Origin: Eledone cirrhosa
Taxonomy: Eukaryota
Direction: 5' to 3'
Length of the DNA stretch: 64,000 nucleotides
NCBI GenBank assembly: GCA_964016885.1
Contig: OZ024741.1
Coordinates: 394,630,001 to 394,694,000, forward strand
Position numbers and translations under genes: made by a program. Of this stretch, positions 1-11,387 are shown piece by piece. The number at the start of each line of letters is the position of its first letter. The first letter of the stretch is position 1. The notes under the pieces were generated by a model, which had not been told where the DNA came from, searched no databases, and saw nothing but the letters and a program-made list of their open reading frames with translations.

Positions 1-828
1 ATTCCCACAGAGAACCAGCCTTGAATTCCTGTTATGCCACCGATAAATAGGTGAGGTAAAAACTGAGCCTTAGTGGACTCCTACCTGCTAATTAAATTCA
101 TCACTGTACTCATTACTAACTTTTATCTTTTTGGCTATACCTCTATTACTAGCTTCCAAAATACCCAGCAAATTACAGAGAGTGGGACCCTGACAAAGGC
201 ATTTTCCAAGTTAATGATAAATATAGGGGTTACTCTTAGCTAAGTACTTCTGCATTTGTCTCATTAGGAAGATGATATCCATAGTATTTCTCCCTGACAC
301 AAAGCCAAACTGCAACTTTCAAAATTAAGTCTATCCCTAATTAGTTGTGCTATCATTCTGTGACCTTCATAACCTGATCAAACAATTTGACACCTCTATA
401 AGTTAGATTAAAAACTTACCCTTCATTCCTCCTTTCCCCCTCCACCACATAACACCTTAACCTTCTTTCTTCTCGTCTCCTCTATCCATCAAGGATCAAT
501 AAACCCTTGTGTTTTCTCTCCTCTTCAAATTTTCTATATAAACTCAAACCAACATAATTTAATACTTTGGAAAATATGTGTTTGTACTAAAACACTGGTA
601 CAAATGTAAAGTAATTCAAAATAAATTACACTACACTCTACTAAACTCAAGTATTGAGTCCTTTATTTCAGTGAAAGTCTTGGGAATAATATAGATGAAT
701 AGATAGAAAGACAGAATGATAGTGAGTGAATGAAAAAAGGAATGCATGATAGACAGAAAGAGAGTGAGAGAGACTGGAGTAAAAGATATGAAATGAAAAC
801 TAAGAATGGGTAATAATATATTACCAAC

Positions 829-1000
829 CTTTCGAAGAGATTCACGTTCAATATTAAATAGTGCTACAGTGGCTGACTGTCCTGCTTGAATTAACCGACA
901 AGGAAGACGATTACGATGAACTGTCTTAACAGTAACATGGTGAAATTCTCCATCTGACATAGGTCCCAACATTAAAGAGTCACTTTCCCGAATAGAACCG
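829..1000 (-). CDS. GTPBP2: GTPBP2 exon 10, domain II (GSIRESDSLMLGPMSDGEFHHVTVKTVHRNRLPCRLIQAGQSATVAL...LRK); gene continues beyond the window start
   Basis: ttatag acceptor, gttggt donor; 172 nt; phase 2-0; conserved AGQSAT motif. Confidence 0.95.
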
Positions 1001-1468
1001 CTATAAAAATAATAAAATAATTACAAATATAATGTAATAAGTGCTACATGTATTGAATATTATATTCTTATGGTTAATCAAACAAATTAACCATCTTGTG
1101 TCAAACCATTTCCAAACTACACTCACAGCCACTTCATGGAATTCTTTGAAAACAGTAGAGCAACTTAAAAATGATATGCTCCTATTAAATGATTGACAGT
1201 TGTTTTGGTTGTTTATGTTCCGAATTTAAATCCTGTCATGGTTATTTTTGCTCTTTGTTCTTCAGGCATCAATAATCAAATACTGGAGACAATTTAATTG
1301 AGTAAACTCTACCTCCAAATATCTCACCTTGCATTATAAACAATTATTAGTGCATTTTCTTACAGCAGTGTGTTGTTCCACACCATGGTACTTACTATAC
1401 ACAACCAAATTGGACTAGACAATTTAATCAGTGAATAAATTGTTTAGTCCATAACATTGCACACACAC

Positions 1469-1607
1469 GTCCTTGTCGAAACAGCATGGTGCATTCAACA
1501 CATGCGTCATTCAACCACTAAATGAACATATATTTCTCTGTATATCAGGACAATATGACAGGGTTGTAATGATGCTAGAAATAGCACCATGCTGTTTCAA
1601 CAAGGAC
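1469..1607. mobile_element. Small foldback/MITE-like element with 24-bp terminal inverted repeats
   Basis: gtccttgtcgaaacagcatggtgc (1469-1492) versus gcaccatgctgtttcaacaaggac (1584-1607), one mismatch; no clear TSD. Confidence 0.6.
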
Positions 1608-1837
1608 CATGGCCTGTATGCTATCTATTGAATATTATCCCTACTTTCAAAGAATGATGGAACAACATTCTTAATTTATTGAGATAATTAGTATTGTTTC
1701 TTAATTTCAGAAACTACAGTTGGGGATATTATATGAGTGAAACAGACATATTTTAGATTTTGGCTTAAGTTAAATATATTTAAATACTTATCTGATTTGA
1801 TGTCTATCTATAGTAGAGACAAATAACTTTATATATA

Positions 1838-2402
1838 TCATCATCATTGTTTAACGTCCACTTTCCATGCTAGCATGGGTAAGACAGGTTGTCCCATTTG
1901 AGGCAAGTTGGGTCAGGTGACTGTGTCTTCTCATACAGGAGTGTTTTGGGCTCAGTTTCTACAGCTGAATGACTTTCCTAATGCCAACCACATTTACAGT
2001 GTGTGCTGGGTGCGTTTTGGCATGGCATCAAAATGACCACTATACAGTATACACTGGGGACTTGTGTGAAGTGTGTGAGGGTTGGAGAAGTAGATATAGA
2101 GGTGTGTGGGGATGGGGGAGCTAGGGGAGGAGGAGGTGTATGCTGTGTCACTGCATAATGCCATAACGTCCAGTATCATCACCTTTGAGAAGTGCAATTG
2201 TGCAAGGTCAGCTTTTATCATCTCATCCCAAGTCTTCCTACTCCATAGCTCCCATCAAATTTGAGTGCTCTGCAACTTTTTATACAGCTGTCATCCTTCA
2301 TATGCATCACATGTCCATACCAACGCAATCTCCTCTCTTACACACTACATCTGATCCGTCTTATGCCTAGTTTCTCTTACAGTTCATTTATCCTTAGCCG
2401 TT
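1838..2402 (-). mobile_element. RTE LINE 3' fragment with long 3' UTR and (GAT)n tail
   Basis: (CAT)n plus the shared tail gtttaacgtccactttcc; degenerate RRLRWYGHV C-terminus near 2290-2400. Confidence 0.8.
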
Positions 2403-2410
2403 TGTGTATG

Positions 2411-3790
2411 TCATCATCATTGCGTTTAACATCCACCTTCCACACTATCATGGGTTAGACGGGTTGTTCCATTTCAGAACTGTTTCTGGCAAGATTTCTA
2501 CAGCTGGATGCCCTTCCTAATGCCAACCACATTCACAGTGTGTGCTGGGTGCTTTTTGCCGTAAATCCTACATGACCACTTTACAGTGTGTGCTGGGTGC
2601 TTTTTGCCGTAAATCCTACATGACCACTTTACAGTGTGGGCTGGGTGCTTTTTGAAGTGACACCTACACAACCACTTTACAATGCAGGCTAGATGCCTTT
2701 TTGTGATACCAAAACTTAGAGTGCAAGGGTAGTGTGAGCTGGAGTGGCAGGGTGAATATAGGGGCATGGGGACGTATGGGAGGGAGTATAGTGGCTAAGA
2801 GATGCCTACAAGATGTGTGTTTGAGTCCGTGTACATGGGAAGGCTTGTCTTCTGTATTACTGCATAACGTCAAAGATCTCGATCCTGTGTCATTCAGAAG
2901 TGCAATTGCGCAAATCAGATTTTATCACCTAATTTTATCAATTAGTAACAATTGTTTCTACTTTTGGCACAGGAAGGGAAGAGAAAGTCGATCATCCCAA
3001 GTCTTCCTACTCCAGAGCTTCTATCAATTTTAATCACCCTGCATATTACTATTACATATCCATCGAAGCATGCATGCTTCATTTCTTTCAGGTCCTCTGC
3101 ACACATGCCCAGGTCTCACTACCATGCAACATTGCTGTTCATATACATGTATCATGCAGTCTTCCTTTCAATTTAAGGGAAAAACCTTTTGTAGCTAACA
3201 GCGTTAGTAGTTCCCTGAACTTCTTCCATCCTGTTCTTACTCTGTCTACTGTACTTTTGCAACACCCTCCTCCACTGCTGATTACATCACCCAAGTAACG
3301 GAAATTGTTGACTATTTCTATAGATCTGTTAGGACATTTGAAGGAGCTAGTATCCTGTGGGCACTTGCCACTTACTGCATCTGAGCATCGGCCACATATC
3401 TGACCTTATTTTCTTTTCTATATACTAGGACTTTAGTCTTAGACAAGGTAACTTTAAGACCTTTTGATTCTAGGCCAAGCTTCCAGGTTTGGAATTTCTT
3501 CTCTAAATCTGCCATAGTTTCAGCTATGAGAGTTAGATCATCTGCATATACCTACCCTTACGCTAAATTCTTCACAGCAGTCATTGTTAATTGTAACCTT
3601 GCTGACTGTTCCTCTATTCCTGGCTTGTATAGCTTTTACAAGCTACTCATCTACTCCTAGTTTTCTAAGAACCCACCAGATAATTGAACAGGGGACTCTG
3701 TCAAAGGCTTTCTCCAAGTCAACAAAAGCTAAGGGGTTTACTTTTAGCTAGTTACTTCTCTTGCAGTTGCCTTACAAGGAAGAGAGCATA
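2411..3790 (-). mobile_element. Degenerate RTE LINE (RT C-terminal half plus 3' UTR with 48-bp tandem repeats at about 2533-2690)
   Basis: VDLEKAFDRVP, YADD, FRYLG and ETWA remnants on the minus strand; (CAT)n tail at 2411. Confidence 0.85.
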
Positions 3791-3817
3791 TATGTATATA
3801 TATATATATATATTCCC

Positions 3818-4352
3818 TTCGCATGGCTTCCTGCTTCATCCAGCGTGGATATCCCCCCACCCTGATCCAAGCTGCTCTCACTCGCACCCGTGAGACACCC
3901 GCACCACAGCCCTCTCACCTCACCCCCACGTTCCTTTCCCTCTCACCTACCACCCCATCACCAAACCACTCCGGCAACATATCCTCCGTTCCTTCCGTAT
4001 CCTCTCTTCTGACCCCGTCACTTCTCGCTTTTTTCCAAACCCACCCATTACTGCTTTTAAGCGCGCCCGCAACCTCCGCGACCTCCTGATTTGCAGTTCC
4101 TTTTCATCCTCTCCCACGACTCCACCCGGCTCTCATCCTTATTCCCGTTCCCGCTGCAACACTTGTCCCTTTATTTCCACCCTTACAGGCCCTAACGGGT
4201 CTTTCCGTATTCGCCATTCCTTCACCTGCACATCCACCCACATTGTCTATGCCCTCCGGTGTTCCCTTTGCGGGTCTTTATATATCGGATAAACGGGACA
4301 CCATATGGCGGACCGTTTTGCCGAACATTTGAGGGACATACGACTCGGTTTG
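3818..4352 (+). mobile_element. Penelope-like element fragment (RT thumb, CxxC linker, GIY-YIG endonuclease), Neptune/Poseidon-like
   Basis: Frameshifted translation F-x-x-RGYP...PLTYHP...AFKRARNLRDLL...RCNTC...FTCTSTHIVYALRCSLCGSLYIG*TG...RFAEHLRDI; starts in (TA)n. Confidence 0.85.
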
Positions 4353-5042
4353 GATACTCCTGATAAGTAATCTTTTCTTTAAAGTCACTGCGGGCGAGGG
4401 CTTCATTGTAGTAAGGGGCAGAGGTGCTAAAGATATCTTCATTGACCGAGAAACCAGAAATTCTGAGTGAGACGCTTTTAACTAAGTTATCTGTGATGTT
4501 TTGGTGGTGGTTCAAACTAACATTTATGTATCTGAGGGACTCGTTAGGTTTGTGGTATGGGTAATGGAGGGAAGTATCTAAGTCGAGAGTGACATCTAAA
4601 AAGTTGGCCCTAGTCATATTTGATTCTATGGTTATTCTAAATCCTAGATTACGGAAGAACGAGCTTAAGTTTCTCCGAAACCCATCAGTGATTCTGGGGT
4701 TTACTTTGTGCAAGGCGAAAATGCCATCATCTCGGTATAATCCTCCGGTTAGGCCCGTGAAGAGGTTCTTCAGGTGGTATAAGATGTACAGGCCCACAAG
4801 GTCGCTAACTCCAGCTGAGTCACTTGCCGCCATGCTGACGTCAAATGGGGTCTCAGACTTCTTGTTAACCCAGTAAGATCCCTCGTGGTGTAAAAAGGTC
4901 TTAAGGGCATGGAGGATCACATCCTGCTCAGCGTCGGTTATGGTGGTAAAATTCCTGGCAAAAGCAAGTCCATCCTTCAGTAGAGGCTCTGAGATAGAAG
5001 CGTAGTAGTCTTCTATGTCTAGTTGCAGAAAGCAGGTCTTTC
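4353..5042 (-). mobile_element. Penelope-like element RT fragment, Naiad-like
   Basis: ORF 4222-4920: FDVSMAASDSAGVSDLVGLYIL, LYRDDG, NFLDVTLDL, PYHKPN...NH...RIS; upstream FLQLDIEDYYASI. Confidence 0.8.
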
Positions 5043-5143
5043 CATTGGTCTTTCAATTGCTAGTACTATCTATCAGTTGCAACTCCAAGTAGAAGGAGCA
5101 ACTTAACGATTGCGAATCCAATTCTCTGATCACTCAGCCACGC

Positions 5144-5943
5144 GAGAGAAAAGGTGAGGTTGGAAATAACACGGAAAATATATTTAAGGGTCTGTTTTTC
5201 TTTTTTTATCCTTTCTTTGATTCATCAAAGTGACATTATTGAAAAGATAACATTATTGAAAAAATGAGAGGGACAATTCTTTTTAAAAAAAGTTTTATAA
5301 AGTATATAAAGTATATAAAGTATATAAAATATTACTGGTTTCGATGTATTATTAAAATTCATCTTATCAAATGTTGAGTATTGAAATAAAAAATTAAAAA
5401 GAATTAATAGGCGTTAAAAACTAAAAATTAAAGATTTAAAATTAAAATGAAATGTTGGGGTAAGTTTTCTTCCATCTTTCTTGCTCAAATTTTGGCTTGA
5501 GAATGAGTTCTTGTTAATATGGAGGTGGTAGGGAAGATAGCAGCAATGTTTCTTCACAGAACAAAGTTGTTTTTTGGAAACATCCTGTAAATATGTGTAT
5601 ATCTGATTGTGTTAATTGACTGCTCAAGAGTTCAAAAGGGGGTGAGGAATTGTAAACTAGAGGTAAGTTCTATGGCAGCAGCAGGAGTGTAAGAGAAATT
5701 CTATTATTGGAATATGGTTTTAGAAATATATATATATGTAAATATATAATATATCGAAACCGGTAATATTTTATATACTTTATATACTTTATAAAACTTT
5801 AAAAAAAAAAGAATTGTCCCTCTCATTTTTTCAATGTTATCTTTTCAATAATGTCACTTTGATGAATCAAAGAAAGGATAAAAAAAGAAAAACAGACCCT
5901 TAAATATATTTTCCGTGCTATTTCCAACTTCACCTTTTCTCTC
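5144..5943. mobile_element. PLE pLTR-like remnant with about 200-bp inverted arms (5144-5351 and 5747-5943)
   Basis: The arms are near-perfect reverse complements; a hammerhead motif sits at the inner end of the left arm. Confidence 0.75.
5328..5375 (-). ncRNA. Minimal type I hammerhead ribozyme, slightly decayed, U3-A8 variant
   Basis: Minus strand: AACAU-UUGAUAA-GAUG(...)CAUC-GAAA-CCAG-UA-AUAUU; the inverted arm keeps the palindromic GAAACCGGUA. Confidence 0.6.
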
Positions 5944-6354
5944 TATTTATATACATGTATTACACAATTTTGAATAGCCATTGACTCTCATGAGTTCTTC
6001 CGCCCTTTGTCAGGTTTTGTTTTTTTGTCCTGCAAGGTGACCCTCCTCACCAAGTAAACTTGGTGGGGTTGCCAGTTTAGTCGCCGACTACCCGACCTTG
6101 CGACAGGTTGTACTGGGTTACATGTTATCAGTAGCACTCAATAGTGACCCTACATAATATACATACATACATACATACAAAATAAAAGCAACGAAAACGA
6201 TGGGAAATATTTAAGCAGGAAAGCAACAGGTATAGAAGGTGAGAAATGATCATAAAAGTGTTGAGAATTTGGAATTAAAGTTGTAAATAACACAAAATTT
6301 AACTAAGAAGCATCTTTATTTTGCTCATCACAAGAAAGGAAATAAAGCCACTAA

Positions 6355-7530
6355 AATGTCACGGGGCACTCTGTCGAAGGCTTTTTTCAGATCAACAAAT
6401 GCCAGGTAGAGTGGCTTACTTTTAGCTAGGTACTTTTCCTGTAACTGCCTCACAAGGAAGAGAGCATCAGTGGTGCTTTTTCTTAGCGCAAACCCAAACT
6501 GCATCTCATCTAGTTTTATCCAGTCCCTAATCAACTGTGCTATAACTCTTTCCATTACTTTCATGACCTGGTCCATCAGCTTTACACCTCTATAGTTTCC
6601 TCTATCTAGTGCATCTCTTTTAACCTTGTAGCAGTTGACAATGATGTTGCTGCGCCAATCCTTTGGTATGACACCCTCTAGTATTACCTGGTTAACAATA
6701 CGTGTGGTTATGGTGCGACCTACCGACCCAGATGCTTTCATCATCTCGGCAGCTATACCCAATGGACCGGTTGCCCTTAATATATTTAATTGCCTTACTT
6801 ACTCTGCTGCTGCTGACTTGTATTGCTGGTCCCTCTATAGGCTCCACTTGGGGTAACGTCTCTTCCCCCATGCATTCCCCTCATTTAGATATCTTTCATA
6901 ATGGCTCTTCCACGCATCTTTCTTCTTCGCATTTGTGAGGGCAAGCTCACCTTTATCATTCCCGACACACTTCTCTCCAATGACATCACAATTCTCTCTG
7001 ACACGCTGCCTCGCAATCCTGAACACCTCCTGTTTCTGGTCCTCACGCAGCAAAACATGCTTGAATTTTCTATCCTCCGCTTCCCTTCTAGCTAAGTATA
7101 CTTGTCGCCTAGCTTCCCTCTTGGTCTCTATGTAATGTACCCTGCTTCCCCCGTTCTTTCCATGCCTGTTTCTTGGCCTTAATTGCCTCATCTACCACCA
7201 AGTCACTCTCCTCCTCCCTGTGGTCTTTTCCCACCTTTAGTAAGTTATTTTTTAGGAACTCCCAGTGCTCTTCTACATTGAATGTCTCTATCTGTTCTGC
7301 TTTACTGTCATAGACATTGAGTAAGATATCTTTAAATCTGTTACTGGCTGAGGGGTCTTTCATCTTCCAGATCTTTCTTCTCCAGGTGACCTTCTATTTG
7401 CAAGTAACTCTAGTTCTGAAAATAAGGTCACTGACAACTAAGTTATGTTGGGAAGGCTTTTGTTTACAACCGTACATCTATCTCGTCCTCTGATCTATAG
7501 GTGATCAGATGGTTGTCAGGTCTTTTTGAA
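6355..7530 (-). mobile_element. Degenerate RTE LINE (end of EN to N-terminal half of RT)
   Basis: ORFs 6328-6762, 6835-7191 and 7109-7363 (NYRGVKL, QFGF, AFVDLKKAFDRVP). Confidence 0.9.
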
Positions 7531-7641
7531 GTTTGGGGGGGGGGGGGATTGGGAGATAGGTAACCATCATGGCATGGGGGTCCAACGTGGTTTATGTCAA
7601 AAAGAAAACAGAAATATATACTTTGTGGAAACAAACAAACG

Positions 7642-7836
7642 ATAATAATAATAATAATTGTTTCTACTTTAGGCACAAGGCCAGCAATTACCCAGTACAT
7701 TACTGGTACTTTATTTTATCGACCCCATAAGGATGAAAGGCAAAGTTAACCTCAGCGGGATTTGAACTCAGATTGTAAAGGGACGTAACAATGTTGGAAA
7801 GCATGTCCAATCCTCTACCGATACTGCCAATCCACC
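7642..7836 (-). mobile_element. tRNA-derived SINE, family A (other copies at about 28883-29073-, 30675-30810+, 46990-47170+, 54015-54210-, 54775-54920+, 59030-59224-)
   Basis: A-box-like TGGCAGTATCGG, B-box GAGTTCAAATCC, central GCCTTTCATCC..GGGGTCGATAAAAT domain and (TTA)n tail; many similar copies in the window. Confidence 0.8.
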
Positions 7837-8675
7837 ATACAGAACATTTTCAAATTGGCGAAGAGAAATACCTGTAGAGAAGAAATAATCTATGGATGGC
7901 TGGGATGAGTTGGAAATCTTTAAAAATCTATAGAGAAGTTCAAAAAGCTGTCTAGCTCCGTAACACCAAAATGAATGAGTGAGGAGATGAGTTGGGTTTG
8001 GGATGGGTTCATAGAGAGAGGGAGGGGTGTCCAAAGTGGTTTATTTCGAAAAGAAAACCGAAATATATGAGAGAGGAAGAGAGACAGAGAATCTGATATC
8101 TATACTATATTGCAAAACATTAGATGGGGTATTCTTTAATTTCACATGACAAGAGATTCAGAACTTTATTTTTGCAGAACATTTTTTTTAAAGTTAAGAT
8201 TATTTTGTTGCATACATATTGAATATAATTGTTGTCGTTTGCCAGGGTTAGCAATTTCCCATCCACGATCTCTGCAATACCCATATTGGACACCATTTCT
8301 TTTGGTATTTCAATAATATTTTTATTTAAACGAATATCATGACTTATTGTTCCATTTCCTACCTGCTCCAACCACTGGTTGACTGCTGTATCACCTTATT
8401 ATCCCAATCCCATACATATGAGGAGTCTGATAATCATTTTATATTACCATAATGGTGATTGTTTGATACAATGCTCTATTACGTTTTGAATTGGAGCTTC
8501 TTGGCACTGTGCTTGCTGTTTGATAAAAATCTGTCCCTACTCAGAAGGGTTTCTCAAAAAGTTTTATTGTTCCACGGTTTTCAATAAAATATTGGCAAAA
8601 ATGAGTTGTATCTGCAATTGAAGGAGCCAGACATTGTGTCAGGCTGAATCTCCCTGAAAACTATGTTAAGGGTGT

Positions 8676-9090
8676 GTAGTGATCTACATTCCGCGGGCTC
8701 ACATACATTCTCCGTGCGTTATTTGGCTCAGCCCAGCCAATGACCGCCAGCGGAGGAGAATGTATCTCTATGCGCCCTGAGGGGAAAATTCCCGCGTCAA
8801 ATCGAGAAATCTCTCTCTTGCATCCTGACTGTGGAAAGGTAAACAACTAACTTTCTTTCATCGTGAAATCACTAGCCAATATGTAACACAACAACTTAAC
8901 CACGGCCTGGCAACACTTCAGCCAGTGGACTGTGCCTTCTGAAATTCTTAATTCGTTTGTTTTATTCCTCTTGGCATGCCTGCTCTACTCAGCTCAACCT
9001 TGTTAATAAATAATGTAAAACAAGCCAAAGTCGTTGTCGATGTTCTTACCACATCTTTCTACCGAACTGGTTACTCGTGGCACTACTAAC
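8676..9090 (+). mobile_element. Putative solo LTR nested in a SINE inside the Helitron
   Basis: Begins TGTAGTG and ends near CACTAC; AATAAA at about 9005; more GC-rich than the flanks; right boundary and TSD ambiguous. Confidence 0.4.
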
Positions 9091-9944
9091 TATAACATAT
9101 CTTAACTGCTAAAGGTGTATGTATCTGTAGAATGATCAGTCACATGTCCATTTCATGAGCAGGCAGTTCCATTGATTGAATCAACTGGATTACTTGTCGC
9201 TGGAAATGATGGAGGTCCAACATATATAGTGCATTCCCAAACAGCATTGACACTTCATTTACTATCAGCAGAGAAACATTTATTATTCTCTGGGAAGTTC
9301 CTGAAATAATGTGCATCGATGATACTGGTGTTTCAAGAATGAGTACAGGGAGATGGAGTTCTCAGTAAACTATGATGCCATCATTCAGCAAAACATCAGT
9401 AATGCCACTTGTTGCATATTCTTGTCATTTACATTGTAATATAAGTTTGTTATACAGTTATGCTTTACATGAGCCTCCACAGTTCTGCATTATAATTGAT
9501 GATAATTATCATCTATACTTTCTATGATGCATTCAAATATGTGACTTTACAACTCATTTACAGTTTGTACTTTAACATCAACATAAACACCCTTATCATT
9601 AAAATCTAGTGCACATTTTGGTAATTCCAAGTCATGACAGCATAGACCATAAATGTTTGCAGAATGTCATGTAACATACTGCTGTTAGTGTCTTTATTTG
9701 TTCTGTCCTCTGCTATGAAATCCTAAATAGTGCTGCACAAGCTACAGGAATTACAACACAGAATCACTTGATCTATTTAGGGCACATAAAAATGGCAAAC
9801 AATTCTCTCAATTGGGGAGGATTTCTGACTTCTACTGCTCCTGATAAATCATCACTCACCAATTCCCCACATTATTTTTAAAATTTCTGGTTTCAGCTGC
9901 AGCTTGTAAATATTGTAAATAACGTTGTAATGTTACTTGATTGA

Positions 9945-10222
9945 ATGTGTAGCTCCGAGATGAGAGTCTCTCCAGGTATAGCTGCTACTTCTCAGAATTG
10001 ACAGATCACAGCTCCGATACTATGGACATGGGGTTAGAATGTCTCAGGAAAGAATCGCTGGAAAGATTTTAGCCCCTGGGCAAGATGGTTGGATAACATC
10101 CATGATCTTGGCTGATCACTCTTGGGGATCCAGCCAGATCAGTTGGAGACAGTTGCTTCTGACAGGACCCACTGGAGGGAGTGTTTGTCCCAGGAATAAG
10201 TGGGTGAAGAAGAAGGAGAGAC
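9945..10222 (+). mobile_element. Expander/Rex3-type RTE 3' fragment with (GAA)n tail
   Basis: Homologous to the reverse complement of 36075-36360. Confidence 0.65.
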
Positions 10223-10746
10223 ACTGTAAATAGTAATAACCAGGAGTAAAATCTATTTACTTTGGATGTACTACATACATTTTAGGGATTATTTATCTCC
10301 TCTGTGTATTTCCTGTTTCCATGATTTGGTTGTTTTGTCAAAGACATAATGGTGAGAAATTTCAGAGAAAAAATACTGCCTGGCTTCTTCATCAGTTTCA
10401 TTCAGTCTAAACCATGTTGTGAAGGGAATGTTTCTGTTTTAGATATATTGACTTATCTTCCTTTTAGCACCTTCTTGAAAGTAATCAAATTGCTAATGTC
10501 TACAATGTGATCTATCATACATTTCATATTACAGTAATCTTTAATTTGCTTCTGGAGAGGTGACATAACAATAATTTATGTATTGCATAATTTCACCATG
10601 AATAACATTGCATTTTTGTATTTGCATTTGTGCATTGTCATATTCTTCAAATATGTACTTGAAGTTAAATTCCACAGGGTTTATTGATGTGACAGTTGTA
10701 GCTGTATATGAGGTGTTTATTGTTGGTAAATACATTTTGATTGACA

Positions 10747-11387
10747 AATACAGGTAGAATTTATAGAGGTGGTTGATAGCTTCCGATACCTAGGTGATCA
10801 GATTAGCATGGGAGGAGGGTGCTCTGAGACCATAGTATCTAGAATAAGAAGGGGTTGGAAGAAATTTAGGGAGTTGCTTCCTCTGTTAACAAAGAAGGGT
10901 TTCTTCCTACGAACAAAAGGCCGGTTGTATGATGCTTGTGAGATGCACGATACTGCATAGTAGTGAGACATGGGAAGCAACTACAGAGGATATGCGACGG
11001 CTGGAGAGAAATGAGGCAAGCATGCTTCGATGGATGTGCAATGTCAATGTGCGTGAACGACCAAGCATAGATGAGTTGAGAGTGAAACTGTGTATAAGAG
11101 GGATAAGTTGTAGTGTACGGGAGAGAAGGCTGCGTTGGTATGGACTTGTGAGGTACATGGAGGATGACCGCTGGGGAAAGAAATGCCAAGAAATCCCAGT
11201 GGGAGGAAGACGCAGTAGAGGAAGACCACGGAAATCATGGGAGGAGGTGGTGAGAGCAGACCTCAGATTGCTGAAGCTTACAGAAGAGATGACAAAGGAC
11301 CGTGACGAATGGAGAGATGCTGTGCTGAATAGGACCCGTCCCACCCTTGCAAGCAGGGAAAAGTGGACGTAAAATGATGATGATGAA
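10747..11387 (+). mobile_element. RTE LINE 3' fragment (short-tail subfamily) with (GAT)n tail
   Basis: VDSFRYLG...RRLRWYG...RGRPRKSW...RTRPTLASREKWT* followed directly by ATGATGATG. Confidence 0.9.
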
